Position numbers and translations under genes: made by a program. The notes beneath the pieces are model-generated. The model saw nothing but the letters and a program-made list of their open reading frames with translations. It was not told the DNA's origin and did no database searches. From Candidatus Bathyarchaeia archaeon (GTDB taxonomy: Archaea > Thermoproteota > Bathyarchaeia > 40CM-2-53-6), in the NCBI GenBank assembly GCA_049513715.1, contig JBEKVV010000002.1, positions 32,001 through 96,000 of the forward strand: 64,000 bases of DNA, read 5' to 3'. Positions 45,776-56,532 of this stretch are shown in pieces (position 1 is the stretch's first letter; each line of letters starts with the position of its first letter).

Positions 45776-48625
45776 TTGCTTTGCATACCTGATGAACAGT
45801 CGTCAAAGAGAATTCTGGTGCATGGCAGCGTGAGAATTACAGCCTCAACAATTTGCCTTCTGACCATCGCCATAATATCCATACTCGTGGGACAAGCCGG
45901 TTCAGTGTACGCTCTTGCACCCCAAGCGGCAGTCGCCTCAGTGACTCACCCAAGTAGTGTGCCGTCTGGGTTACCGTTCGAGGTGACCGTCACCGTCGAC
46001 TATTCCGACAAGTTCCTGGCCGATGTTGGGGTATGGGATCCCGTAGCGGGGGTCATGATTAGAAGTGTAACTCTCATCAGTAGTTTCACTGGCCCCGGCA
46101 AGACCAACTTCATCTTCCAGTTGACAGCTCCGAATTCCCAACCGAAGTGGCATCTAATCGCACTGACAAGGGTATGGTGGGAAGACGCATGGTACCAAGA
46201 CCCTGAGGGCGGAACGATGCCATTCGACATCTCAGTCATATCCGCAAACACCAATGCCATCCTTACCTTATCGTCAACCGTCCCCGCCACCACTGTAAGC
46301 GTGGACGGAGTTTCTCACGCACTAAGCAACTTGCAGTCGCTAGCCTTGACACTCGCACTTGGAACTCACACATTGCAGGCCACGCAGCTAATTCCAGGAG
46401 GGGAGGGTGAACGATTCGTCTTCAATGGTTGGAGCGACGGCGTGAACTCAAACCCACGAACGTTAGCAATCGCCACTGACACTAATGTCACGGCGCTGTA
46501 CGGCACAGAATACTATCTCAAATTAACATCAAACGCAAGCCAACCCTTTGGGGAGGGTTGGTACGCACTAAGTACAGTGGCAACCTTCGGTGTCCTTGCA
46601 ACAACATATCGTCTCACAAGTTGGTCGGGGTTCCTAACATACGATTATCGCTTCACCGGCTGGATGGGAGACAGTGATTCAACCGCTAATACAGCATCAG
46701 TAGTCATGGACGGCCCGAAGTCCGTCAGCGCACGTTGGACACAGACGGGAACACAAATAGACCAACTGACCGTTGGACCGATAATCCTCTTAGCTGCGGT
46801 CCCGCTCGCAATTCGAGCTGCTTACGTTTACAGAAAGCACCAAACATCAAAGAGCCAATCGCCAGCAACACGATTCAACCCTGCAACAATGCCCGTCGCC
46901 ATCTTATGCCTCATTGTCGTAAGCTTCGCGTTCACAGTACCAGTGCACGCGCAACTCCCAGTACAGCCACATGCCACTGTCGTGAAAATCGGCGACGCTT
47001 ACTGGTACTATTGGAATCAGGCGCGGAGTGATACGTGCATCCTGTGGCTTGGGGGGGGAATTTCTCAGGAGACTTCCAGCGGCTACAACTACTACTGGGT
47101 AAACCCATTCGACTATGAGTCGTTCGGGACGATTCATTTCATTCAGGAGCTTTCTACCTATTATTGCATGATCGCCCTTGAGAAGGGTTCTTACGCTGAG
47201 GTCAACGCTGCGGCAAATCGAACGATCTACCAGGAGCTCTATCAAATTCAATCAACAATAATCGCAGACGTTCATAGCTGGATCAAGCAGCAGGGCTACG
47301 TCCACACAGTCTTGATGGGGTATTCAGTTGGAGGCCAAGCAGCCGCAATGGAAGTTGCTATCCGAGATCCAGGGAATTGGACCAACGCAGACTCAGTGGT
47401 CCTGATTACTGTCCCACTTGCGAACAGCGCAATCAACCATGCGCACAGCATCAAAACAAACCTCCTATTCCTCTTCGGAGGGAACCTGGCTGACTTCGTC
47501 GCCACAGGCCAGCAATTCTACAACAATGCACCGGCCGAAGGTTGGCAGAGTTCATCCTACTATCACAAGGAATTCTACGTCCTGCAGGAGGTTGGCCATG
47601 AGGTCTGGACCGTTCGTGACAGTGGCGAATACAGCACCACCGCTCGCAACATGGTAATCAACTTCATCGAAAAATCAAAAGCGCTTCAACTCACCCCCGA
47701 ACTAGGGTCCCTATCGGAAGCTCCTGTAGGGAACTGGAGCTTCGAGATCACGTCAGTGCGAGTGCCTCCGCGAATCGCGCCGGGAGATGTAATTCCAGTT
47801 GGTGTGGATGTGAGCCAGAGCTTTCAATCAACAGGACCCTTGACGTTGATTGTATATGACGAGTCCCATGCCGAACCATTGAGTGCCGAAAGCTTCACGC
47901 TGGGTTCGAGCGGAAAGGCAGCGGTCGACCTGGTTGTAAGCCCACGGAACTCAACAACTCGATCACTCACCATAATCCTGATGCAAGAGGTCGGTGGCCA
48001 TTGGTCGATTGCGGCGCAGCCGCGGTCCGTCACCGTAACTATCTCCGACCTGGTAACTCTCAAATTGGCATCAAATGTGCCCAACCTTACGTTCCTGATG
48101 GATGGAACCCCATACCCGGCAGATCAAACTGGCCAACTTCAGATGGAAAGCTTACGTGCCGTGCATATTTTTCAAGCCCAGCCTGTTGTTTATGATGGGA
48201 ACGTGACTAGGCTTGTTTTCACCCAGTGGGATGACTCCAATACCTCAACCCTTAGGCAGGTTAGCTTGGAGAATGATACGACGTTCACCGCCTTCTACAG
48301 AAAACAATACTACGTGACTGTCATCTCTCCTTACGGAACGCCTCTCGGGTCGGGCTGGTATGACGAAAACTCCACAGCCACGATCTTAGTTCAACCACCC
48401 ATAATTGGGCAAGAGAGTGTAGCGTTCACCCGGTGGACGGGCGACGCTACTGGTTCTCAACCCAGCCTCTCCATGTTCGTGGATTCTCCGAAAACAGTGC
48501 AGGCAGAATGGACCCACCTAAGCAATGAACCGACACAATCCAACGCTCCATTCGTGATGTGGATGATTTTCTGTGGCATGGTCTTCTTAGTTCTGTTAGC
48601 CCTAAACTTCAGGCGTCGATCCTGA
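45776..48625 (+). CDS. Large membrane-anchored surface protein with a central alpha/beta-hydrolase-like domain
   Basis: Signal peptide, 'F..W.DG / GWY / F..W.GD' repeats, GYSVG nucleophile elbow, GHEV, C-terminal TM; the true start is probably slightly downstream. Confidence 0.78.
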   Translation: MLCIPDEQSSKRILVHGSVRITASTICLLTIAIISILVGQAGSVYALAPQAAVASVTHPSSVPSGLPFEVTVTVDYSDKFLADVGVWDPVAGVMIRSVTLISSFTGPGKTNFIFQLTAPNSQPKWHLIALTRVWWEDAWYQDPEGGTMPFDISVISANTNAILTLSSTVPATTVSVDGVSHALSNLQSLALTLALGTHTLQATQLIPGGEGERFVFNGWSDGVNSNPRTLAIATDTNVTALYGTEYYLKLTSNASQPFGEGWYALSTVATFGVLATTYRLTSWSGFLTYDYRFTGWMGDSDSTANTASVVMDGPKSVSARWTQTGTQIDQLTVGPIILLAAVPLAIRAAYVYRKHQTSKSQSPATRFNPATMPVAILCLIVVSFAFTVPVHAQLPVQPHATVVKIGDAYWYYWNQARSDTCILWLGGGISQETSSGYNYYWVNPFDYESFGTIHFIQELSTYYCMIALEKGSYAEVNAAANRTIYQELYQIQSTIIADVHSWIKQQGYVHTVLMGYSVGGQAAAMEVAIRDPGNWTNADSVVLITVPLANSAINHAHSIKTNLLFLFGGNLADFVATGQQFYNNAPAEGWQSSSYYHKEFYVLQEVGHEVWTVRDSGEYSTTARNMVINFIEKSKALQLTPELGSLSEAPVGNWSFEITSVRVPPRIAPGDVIPVGVDVSQSFQSTGPLTLIVYDESHAEPLSAESFTLGSSGKAAVDLVVSPRNSTTRSLTIILMQEVGGHWSIAAQPRSVTVTISDLVTLKLASNVPNLTFLMDGTPYPADQTGQLQMESLRAVHIFQAQPVVYDGNVTRLVFTQWDDSNTSTLRQVSLENDTTFTAFYRKQYYVTVISPYGTPLGSGWYDENSTATILVQPPIIGQESVAFTRWTGDATGSQPSLSMFVDSPKTVQAEWTHLSNEPTQSNAPFVMWMIFCGMVFLVLLALNFRRRS

Positions 48626-48641
48626 AGCGGCCTCATTCACC

Positions 48642-49313
48642 ATGAAGGTTTCTCTCTTGGTTCGGAACACGGTGCACTCAGAGATTCGGTCGCATTTCCT
48701 GTTCAAAGGCAAGCGGATGGCCGATCACCGCGCGCCTTCACCCGCTGTTCAAAAGCAGAGGGTTGCAGTGCATAGAGATGTGAGCAGAGCACTAAGGCGG
48801 TCCATCTCGGGGCTATCGCCAAGGCATGTACTGGATGTTGGCACGGGTTATGGGGCCAGTGTGGAGCTTTTGGCACGGAGGTTCGGAGGGATGGGACGGA
48901 TTTGGTCGATAGACGTTTCGGCAGAGGTCATTCGATCCGTGCGAGAGATGCTGAAGAGCAAAGGATTGGGAGAGAGCGTCTTCCTGAAGAAAGGCAAAGC
49001 GGAGCAGATGCCTTTTCGTGCTGGGCGCTTTGACTTGGTTGTCTCTCTGCTCTCACTACATCATTTCTCCAACCCCCTGGAAGCCCTGCGCGAAATGGCA
49101 CGCGTCACCTCACATGGTGGGAAAGTAATTGTAGCGGATTGGAAGCCGACCAAGTCGCCGGTGACACCACACTCGGCCAAAGACATCCCTTCCCCCACAT
49201 TTGTCGAACGAAAACTCAGACTGCTAGGATGGTCTACGACTCTGAAGGAAGGCCGATACTGGTATCTAGTCGAGGCCTCCAAAGGGCAATCGAAGCCCCT
49301 GCAAAATCGCTGA
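48642..49313 (+). CDS. Class I SAM-dependent methyltransferase
   Basis: VLDVGTGYG, FDLVVS, LHHF, RV...GG. Confidence 0.85.
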   Translation: MKVSLLVRNTVHSEIRSHFLFKGKRMADHRAPSPAVQKQRVAVHRDVSRALRRSISGLSPRHVLDVGTGYGASVELLARRFGGMGRIWSIDVSAEVIRSVREMLKSKGLGESVFLKKGKAEQMPFRAGRFDLVVSLLSLHHFSNPLEALREMARVTSHGGKVIVADWKPTKSPVTPHSAKDIPSPTFVERKLRLLGWSTTLKEGRYWYLVEASKGQSKPLQNR

Positions 49314-49320
49314 TTCCACA

Positions 49321-49788
49321 TTGGCCCAGATAACCCGAGTGCAATCAGATGCGCAGCTCAGCGACATCAGGACCCTATTCTCCGAGTACGCTGCATCGCT
49401 CGGCTTCGACCTTTCCTTTCAAGACTTCCAGGAAGAGCTGAAAGGGCTTCCGGGGGATTATAGCCCACCCACCGGGTGCTTGCTCCTTGCTGTGGACGAG
49501 GGGAGGATGGCTGGATGCTGCGCATTGAGGAAGCTATCAAACATTACGTGCGAAATGAAACGGCTCTATGTTCGCCCAGAATTTCGGAGCAGAGGAATCG
49601 GTAAAGCATTGGCGGAAGCGATAATCGATGAAGCGCGCAAGAGAGGATACGGGAGAATGCGGCTGGATACAGTACCGTCGATGAAGGAGGCGGTCGAGCT
49701 CTATCGGGCGATGGGCTTCAAAGAAATCTCGCCTTACCGGTTCAATCCAATACAGGGCGCTCTCTTCATGGAGCTGGTCTTAGTCTGA
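49321..49788 (+). CDS. GNAT acetyltransferase
   Basis: CEMKRLYVRPEFRSRGIGK, LDT, LYRAMGF. Confidence 0.9.
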   Translation: MAQITRVQSDAQLSDIRTLFSEYAASLGFDLSFQDFQEELKGLPGDYSPPTGCLLLAVDEGRMAGCCALRKLSNITCEMKRLYVRPEFRSRGIGKALAEAIIDEARKRGYGRMRLDTVPSMKEAVELYRAMGFKEISPYRFNPIQGALFMELVLV

Positions 49789-49897
49789 TGCCAGTCAAAC
49801 CTTGCGCGGAAGCCTTCAGACAGTAAAAGTTCAAAACGCAACAAGCCTATAGAAAGCTTAGTAGAGTTAAGACGAGTTCTGGAGAATTGGCTGGCAG

Positions 49898-50173
49898 TTG
49901 AAGAAGCGCTCCCGTGTGGACATTTACGCAGATATTCTGGAGGTTCTGAAGCGTCGCCCAGAGGGCTCTCTCGTCACCAGAATTTCCTACGGGGCAGGCC
50001 TTCCTGTCGATAGGGTGAAGCCGATGCTTGAAACCCTCGCCAACTATGGGCTTCTTTCTGTCCGTTTAGCGGGCGAGAGCCGGTTCTTCCATGTCACGCG
50101 GCGTGGGTTGGAATTCCTTGGCGCATACAGAAAGGTCCAGGGGTTCATGACATTTCTCGGAACCGACCAATAA
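49898..50173 (+). CDS. Archaeal winged-helix transcriptional regulator
   Basis: KRSRVDIYADIL...TRISYGAGL...TRRGLEFL. Confidence 0.82.
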   Translation: MKKRSRVDIYADILEVLKRRPEGSLVTRISYGAGLPVDRVKPMLETLANYGLLSVRLAGESRFFHVTRRGLEFLGAYRKVQGFMTFLGTDQ

Positions 50174-50292
50174 TTCTGGCGTAAACGTTGTCCGAAATAC
50201 GATGATGGGATACAAAACTACCCTACTGCCCCCCACCCCACACCTAACAATAATAGAAAGAAAAACAGCGCTAAGTTACCCCCCAGGTAGTA

Positions 50293-50348
50293 CACACATT
50301 TTGTGACCACCGTCTGTCATTACGCGACGTGCTCTGCTCTTTAATTGG
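50293..50348. repeat. Dispersed intergenic repeat, copy 2
   Basis: 48/56 identity to 15895-15950. Confidence 0.8.
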
Positions 50349-50607
50349 GCCAGAGCGAACCCATCATCAGATGAAATGGAAATGTTCCGAGAAAGAGTAT
50401 TCGAATTGACCCAAAACTTCGCCATCTTCGCAAGCGCATGGAGCGAGATCAAGCTAGTAGCCAAAGCAAGGGGCGGAGCGCCCTTCGTACCGCCGAGCCA
50501 CAGGAGATTCAGCATTAACTCCTACCGTGCTGAAATGAATCAGAAGCTGGGTAGAGGATATATCCAGCCCATGGCGAACAATCGCTAGAATCAGCGAGCA
50601 GAGAAAC

Positions 50608-51831
50608 TTGCCTGACGTTTCAGTTCCAAAGCGGACGAAGACAACCCTCAATCACATAGACGGCGACTTGGAGATCGAGGACGATGCCGTAATCTCAGCC
50701 GAGAGCGGCACTGTGATCGTGGAGGGCTCGGTTGACACAGAAGGAAATGTTGTCTTCGACTGCAGCCTCAAGGCACGAGACATAGATGGAGACGACGGTG
50801 ATCTTGATGTTCGAGGCGACCTAACTGTTGAAGATGGCGTGCGCATTTCCGATGGAAGCCTCCACGTCTCCGGTTCCCTCTCTGCCCGGGACGTAGACGT
50901 AGACAAACATCTCGAAGTGTCGCGAGATCTCTCCGTCGAAGAATTAGAGGTCGGCAGCAGAGCCGAAATTCACGGCAAAGTGAAGGCGCGGTCTATAGAG
51001 GTCGGCGGTTCATTGGAAATCTCCGAATCCGCTGAGGCCGAGGAAATATCCGTAGGGGGATCAGTGCGAGTTGCGAAGGAAGTTAACTGCAAGAATATTG
51101 ACGTCGGAGGTTCTGTGGTTGTTGGCGGGGGGAGGGTTAGCGAGGAAATCGAGGTAGGTGGGTCTTTTGAATCCACTGCCCCGCTTGAATTCAATGACCT
51201 GGACGTTGGCGGGGCTGTTCATCTTCGGGGTGACAGCTCGGGAAGGGACATAGACATAGGTGGAACGATCAAGGTATCTGGAAACCTGAAATTCGAAGAC
51301 ATTGACGTAGGCGGAACAATCGAAATCGAGGGAAACGGTGAGGGCGAGGATGTTGATGTTGGCGGCGTCTTCCAGGTAGGTGGTAACCTGAACCTTGTGG
51401 GCAGCCTAGAAGTCGGGGGAAAATGCATCGTCGGAGGAACCTTGATCGCAGAGCGCATCGAGATTGGTGGATGGCTAGAAGCAATGGAGGTCAAAGTTGA
51501 AGACATTGAAGTAGGCGGCTCCCTCTCAACGAAGAATGGTGTCAGAGCTGATTCCATAACCATTGGAGACCGTGGCCGGGTAAGAGGCTCACTCTTTGGA
51601 AACATGATTAAGCTTGGAGAACGATGCGACGTGGAATCCGTTTACGGACAGCGCATAACCATAGAAGAGCGAAGCCGGGCCGGTATCGTGCATGGCGTCA
51701 ACGTAAGAATCGAGTCCAGGTGCAAGATACAGGGCGAGGTTCTGTACTCAGGCTCACTAGACGCGGACGAAGACGTGACCTTCGCCGAACAACCTAAGAA
51801 AGTAGACGTACTCCCCGACGCTTCCGTTTGA
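50608..51831 (+). CDS. Acidic beta-helical repeat protein (bactofilin / polymer-forming-like)
   Basis: Many ~17-aa I(E/D)VGG repeats. Confidence 0.75.
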   Translation: MPDVSVPKRTKTTLNHIDGDLEIEDDAVISAESGTVIVEGSVDTEGNVVFDCSLKARDIDGDDGDLDVRGDLTVEDGVRISDGSLHVSGSLSARDVDVDKHLEVSRDLSVEELEVGSRAEIHGKVKARSIEVGGSLEISESAEAEEISVGGSVRVAKEVNCKNIDVGGSVVVGGGRVSEEIEVGGSFESTAPLEFNDLDVGGAVHLRGDSSGRDIDIGGTIKVSGNLKFEDIDVGGTIEIEGNGEGEDVDVGGVFQVGGNLNLVGSLEVGGKCIVGGTLIAERIEIGGWLEAMEVKVEDIEVGGSLSTKNGVRADSITIGDRGRVRGSLFGNMIKLGERCDVESVYGQRITIEERSRAGIVHGVNVRIESRCKIQGEVLYSGSLDADEDVTFAEQPKKVDVLPDASV

Positions 51832-51832
51832 G

Positions 51833-52501
51833 TCAAGCTGTGCTCTGAGCCGGCACATCCCTATTTCCCTTTTTCTGATTCAGCTGGTCAGTTTTCGGCT
51901 GCGCAGCGGTCTGTGAAGGCTGCGGCGGTGATACTGGTGTACTCTGTGGGGGTTGGGCAGCAGCAGGTGGATTGGCAGGCGTTGGGGCAGGCGTCGCGGT
52001 AGGTTTGGGGGCTGCAGGTGGAACAGGTCTGGCAACGCCGGGCGTTGGTGCTTTCGCAGCTACGACGGGTTTCGGTGGGGGTGCAGGTGCGACATACTTC
52101 AGTCCTACGTAATCGTACAACACTTTCACACCTTCCTCGTTCGTCGCGATGAATATCTGGTATGGCCCATGTAGGTCGTACGCGATCTTTGCGATTCCTT
52201 CGGGCTCAAATCCCAAAGAGGATGTCAATTTCGCCAAGGGGCCGATCTTCCGGCAGATGATGTAGGCGACCCCGTCCCAAAGGATTTCAGCTAAAGCACG
52301 GGGCAGCTTTGATGGGAGGCTTGCGAATCTTATCATTTGGTAGTTGTATTTTCTGACAATCTCTTCAAGCTTCTTCAAATCCAAAGGGCGGTTGAACCTA
52401 ACCCAGAACTCGTCGCCCGTCCGATAAGGCACATGCTCAACTTTCTCAACGCCGTCCAAATACCGGAGGTCGTTGACCCGACGCTCAAGGTCACCTACCA
52501 T
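51833..52501 (-). CDS. Hypothetical protein with a Pro/Ala/Gln-rich C-terminal tail
   Basis: Globular ~135-aa domain followed by a low-complexity tail. Confidence 0.75.
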   Translation of the reverse strand: MVGDLERRVNDLRYLDGVEKVEHVPYRTGDEFWVRFNRPLDLKKLEEIVRKYNYQMIRFASLPSKLPRALAEILWDGVAYIICRKIGPLAKLTSSLGFEPEGIAKIAYDLHGPYQIFIATNEEGVKVLYDYVGLKYVAPAPPPKPVVAAKAPTPGVARPVPPAAPKPTATPAPTPANPPAAAQPPQSTPVSPPQPSQTAAQPKTDQLNQKKGNRDVPAQSTA

Positions 52502-52576
52502 TACGATTCGCCTCGAATTGTCGAAGCTGAGAAGGTCAGGCTTTAAAAATGGAACGTTTTCGGGGTTTCTAATTCC

Positions 52577-52693
52577 CTACGTGTTGGTGTGAGAGGTATG
52601 CTGGTGCCGCACTTCTTGTGCTCCGCAGTACACGCATTTCATAACGCCAAGAGGCATCGCGTGATGGTACTCGTGACAGTGGATGTGGTACAT
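52577..52693 (-). CDS. Putative 38-aa His/Cys-rich small protein
   Basis: MYHIHCHEYHHAMPLGVMKCVYCGAQEVRHQHTSHTNT; purine-rich GGGGA upstream; co-oriented with both neighbours. Confidence 0.45.
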   Translation of the reverse strand: MYHIHCHEYHHAMPLGVMKCVYCGAQEVRHQHTSHTNT

Positions 52694-52790
52694 CCAAATC
52701 CCCTGAGCGCGACGGCACGGTTGGAATACTTAAGGTGATTTGGAGCACTTCGATTGTTTAGAGAGAATGGATAAGGCTCCACTTTTCTAC

Positions 52791-55610
52791 CTATTGCCTG
52801 TCCCAGAAGGGCCTTGTAATTATGAATTTTAGCTTGGCTTCCAGAAGGTCCTTGTAGAAGCTTCTCTCATCGTCATGCATCTTGGCGAGGATTCTGCTCG
52901 CAGTTTGAGGACCGATTCCGTAGACGCACTGTGCGACTATGGCTCGGCGTCCGTACGACAACACTAGGTCAGCTGAGCGCCTGGCCTTCGCCAGGGTGTC
53001 TCGTTCTTGGTCTTCGATCGTTTTGCCTTTCAGCTTCTTTTCCAGTATGCGGAGGAGGAAATCAGTCGACCATGAGGATACTGCCAAGAGTCCAGAGTCG
53101 CAGGAGTGGCATTTGGGCTTGCGTGGGAGGGCTTTGACAACCTTCGCTTGCGCTAGCCTGCCACACTCGAAGCAGACCAAGTCAACGGTCATATTATCCA
53201 AGCTGAACTTGAGCCTCTCGATAGTGTCCTTCTCAACGATCTCAGGGGCTATCAATTCCGGAATGTCGATGTGCTTGTTGAGGAGATGAAACGCAAGAGG
53301 AGTTGGCTTGTCCAACGCTTTGAAGACTGCAACTTCCATTGAACCGTTCCTTATGGATCTGTAGATTTCGCGTACGCGCGGGAAATCGACGTGTAATAGC
53401 AGCGCTTCACGTATTGTCTCATCATATATCGGAGTCATCCGGAACCGAAGGGCAAGTTCACGCAGATTGTCGCCCCCCAACATTAGGCCGCGCCTCAATG
53501 CGCCGAAACGTTCTGCGATGAATTTCATGTAATAGCCGAATGGAAAGTGCCTGTGGAGGACTCCGTTGAAGATGCCCTCCATGACTCCCTCCCCTACGCC
53601 GAACAACGTCGCCTGAATTTCGTCAAGGGCGAGCTCTTGAGTAGGTGTTGTTAGCTCTAGGAGAATTCGATAGCCATCGGCCCACCATTGCCTCACCAAA
53701 CCTTTTCTTGAGAGGAGCTCCTCGTACACTTCGCCTAACGTGTTGTTGACGGTCTCGCCGAAACAAGCGTGAATTATCAGGAACCTGTCGAATGCCTCGA
53801 GAACAATTCGGCTGTCTGTGGGAACCGGTGCTCCCGCGTCTCGATGCCCTTCAATCTCTTCGACTACTTTTCGAACGGCATAGCGTTCCGTAGGCCATCT
53901 TTTAGAGAGGGTGGCCACCACGGTTGTTGTAGCTGCCGTATCAAGTTCCTTTGAAACTTCTGCCCGAAGCGTTCCAACTCTCTGAGCCAACTCGAATGGG
54001 AGAGGCAGCAATTCGCCATCCCAACCAGGTATAGCAGCGGTAGGGTCCTCGACTGGTGTGACGTACACGAGTGCGTCATCGGAAATTTGTTCGATCTGCC
54101 AGACCCTACCTTTGATAACGAAATGAATGCCCAGCCTGGCTTTAGTCATCACGAATTCTTCGCCAAGAATGCCGACGGATTGCTGAGTTGAAACATCGAT
54201 TACTCGATAGCGCCGTTCATCGGGGATCATTGATAGGTTCTCGTAATAGTATTGGCGAGTTCTACTTCCCCTGAGCAACCGTTCATTGTCGGATCTCAGG
54301 CGGCGTGTTTTTTCCAGAAAACTCACAACACCGTCGAACTCTTTCCTTGTCAGGTCCCGGTACGGGTAGGCTCGTTGTACCATCCTGAAGATGTGATCTG
54401 TTTGCACGCCTTCTTCCGATTCCTGAATGATTCCAGCAATCTGGTGGGCAAGAACGTCCAGTGCCTTCTCATGAATCTTGACGGGTTCAACATGGTTCTC
54501 GTTCGCTTCTTGGATGGCCGCGACCGATTCGAGAATGTCGTCTGTCGAGACTGCCATGATTTTTCCTTGCGATACTTGATCCAGTCTGTGCCCGGACCGC
54601 CCCACTCTCTGGATGAGGCTTGCCACCTGCCTGGGCGACATATACTGAACCGTGAGGTCTACGCTTCCAATATCGATCCCCAGTTCCAAGGTCGATGTGC
54701 AGACCAGTGCTTTGATCTTTCCGTCCTTGAAGCCGTTCTCAACCCGAACCCGCTCTTCTCTTGGGAGAGAGCCATGGTGGACGGCGATGTTTCGTTTGAG
54801 TTGATGAAATTTGGAGCCAAGCGTTTCAGCGTTCGTCCTGCTGTTGACGAAGATTAGTGTGGATTCGTGGTCTTCAACCAGTTCCCAAATTCTGTTCAGG
54901 CGAGCAGCGGCTTCGGGTGCTGTGTAGAGAGATTGCGCAATAACATAATCCTCATCTGTTGGGTGTGGGAATTCAACGAAGTAATCCGCCCTTTTGGTCG
55001 GTGCAACTTGGATCACTTCAACCGGCCGGTTACCGGCCACGAAGGCTCCTATTTGGTCTGGGTTGCCGACAGTGGCGGATAGGCCAATTCTCTGAAAATC
55101 TTGGTGTGTCACTTCTCTCAGTCTCTCCAGGCCGACGGTCAGTTGAACGCCGCGCCTGTCGTCGGCTAACTCGTGCACCTCATCGATTACGACCCAGCGG
55201 ACGCTGCTAAGGTGTGTTCGCATGCGCTTTCCGGGGAGGATGGCTTGAAGTGTTTCGGGGGTTGTGACCAGGAAGTCGGGCGGTTTGATTGATTGTCTTC
55301 GCCTGTCCTTTTGCGGTGTGTCACCGTGCCTTACCTCTACAGTGAACCCTAGGTTCCTGCTCCAGAAATCCAGCCGCTTCAACAGGTCTCGATTCAACGC
55401 TCGGAGGGGTGTGATGTAGATTACGGAGATTCCCTGCCTATCTTTCGCCTTCACGAGCTGATCAAAGATTGGTAGGAGGACGGCTTCGGTTTTCCCAGAA
55501 CCAGTCGGCGCTATCAGGAGAACATTCTTCCCCATCAGGATTTGGGGGATTGCAGCGTTTTGCGGAGGTGTGGGCGTCTCAAACCCAAACTGAACTAGAG
55601 CAGCTTGCAC
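52791..55610 (-). CDS. lhr: Lhr-like SF2 DEAD/DEAH helicase
   Basis: APTGSGKT, DEVHE, LSAT, HHGSL, LELGIDIG, QRVGRSGH; C-terminal Zn finger. Confidence 0.92.
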   Translation of the reverse strand: MQAALVQFGFETPTPPQNAAIPQILMGKNVLLIAPTGSGKTEAVLLPIFDQLVKAKDRQGISVIYITPLRALNRDLLKRLDFWSRNLGFTVEVRHGDTPQKDRRRQSIKPPDFLVTTPETLQAILPGKRMRTHLSSVRWVVIDEVHELADDRRGVQLTVGLERLREVTHQDFQRIGLSATVGNPDQIGAFVAGNRPVEVIQVAPTKRADYFVEFPHPTDEDYVIAQSLYTAPEAAARLNRIWELVEDHESTLIFVNSRTNAETLGSKFHQLKRNIAVHHGSLPREERVRVENGFKDGKIKALVCTSTLELGIDIGSVDLTVQYMSPRQVASLIQRVGRSGHRLDQVSQGKIMAVSTDDILESVAAIQEANENHVEPVKIHEKALDVLAHQIAGIIQESEEGVQTDHIFRMVQRAYPYRDLTRKEFDGVVSFLEKTRRLRSDNERLLRGSRTRQYYYENLSMIPDERRYRVIDVSTQQSVGILGEEFVMTKARLGIHFVIKGRVWQIEQISDDALVYVTPVEDPTAAIPGWDGELLPLPFELAQRVGTLRAEVSKELDTAATTTVVATLSKRWPTERYAVRKVVEEIEGHRDAGAPVPTDSRIVLEAFDRFLIIHACFGETVNNTLGEVYEELLSRKGLVRQWWADGYRILLELTTPTQELALDEIQATLFGVGEGVMEGIFNGVLHRHFPFGYYMKFIAERFGALRRGLMLGGDNLRELALRFRMTPIYDETIREALLLHVDFPRVREIYRSIRNGSMEVAVFKALDKPTPLAFHLLNKHIDIPELIAPEIVEKDTIERLKFSLDNMTVDLVCFECGRLAQAKVVKALPRKPKCHSCDSGLLAVSSWSTDFLLRILEKKLKGKTIEDQERDTLAKARRSADLVLSYGRRAIVAQCVYGIGPQTASRILAKMHDDERSFYKDLLEAKLKFIITRPFWDRQ

Positions 55611-55790
55611 TTCCTTGGAGAGTTGGGTGAAGACTTGTTGAGACAGCTTTGCCGCCCGCTCGGGAACTCAGAATCAATAGGACCGCGCGGTCCTCAAAAA
55701 CCTTGGAGGAGCATACGGTCGAAACCGTGCGAGGCCGTTGAACCTGGACACGTGCTCTTTTTAAATGAATTTCGCCGCTAGCTATCCTCG

Positions 55791-56456
55791 GTGTCAGAGA
55801 TGTTTGAGTATAAGGGAATCAAATTAACATGGCTCGGACATGACGGGTTCAGAATTCAAAATGGGAGTGTCATATACATCGACCCGTTCCAGATTGAAGG
55901 TGGCGGAGCCAAGGCAGACATCATCTTAGTCAGCCACGAACACTTCGACCACTGTAACGTCGACGACTTGAAGAAAGTAGTCGGCCCGAACACAACAATC
56001 GTTGCCCATAGTCAGTCGAAGCCGGAATTGTCCAAGATAAATGCGAAAGAAGTTAGAATTGTGAAGCCGGGGGACAAGTTGAGCTTAGGCGATGTTGCTA
56101 TCGAAGTTGTCCCAGCCTACAATTTGAACAAGTTCAGAGAGCCTGGCAAGGTTTTCCACCCAAAGGAAGATGGTAAGGTCGGTTGGGTTGTGACGGTTAA
56201 AGGCGTAAGGGTCTATCACGCTGGAGACACCGATCACATCCCTGAGATGGCAAACATACGAGCAGACATCGCTCTCCTTCCAGTTTCGGGAACATACGTC
56301 ATGACGGCGCAGGAGGCAGCTGAAGCGGCGGCGTCAATCAATCCGAAGATTGTGATTCCAATGCACTTCGGAGCAATAGTTGGCAGCAAAAGTGACGCTG
56401 AGGCATTCAAGAAACTCGTGAAGTGTGAAGTGAAGATACTCGAGAAAGAACGCTAA
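55791..56456 (+). CDS. MBL-fold metallohydrolase
   Basis: WLGH, SHEHFDH, YHAGDT, IPMH. Confidence 0.9.
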   Translation: MSEMFEYKGIKLTWLGHDGFRIQNGSVIYIDPFQIEGGGAKADIILVSHEHFDHCNVDDLKKVVGPNTTIVAHSQSKPELSKINAKEVRIVKPGDKLSLGDVAIEVVPAYNLNKFREPGKVFHPKEDGKVGWVVTVKGVRVYHAGDTDHIPEMANIRADIALLPVSGTYVMTAQEAAEAAASINPKIVIPMHFGAIVGSKSDAEAFKKLVKCEVKILEKER

Positions 56457-56532
56457 TACTCAGCAAACTACATACTCTCTATGGATAAGTGCTAAGAAAG
56501 TAACAGCAAACACATCGAAGTGAGGTGAAATT

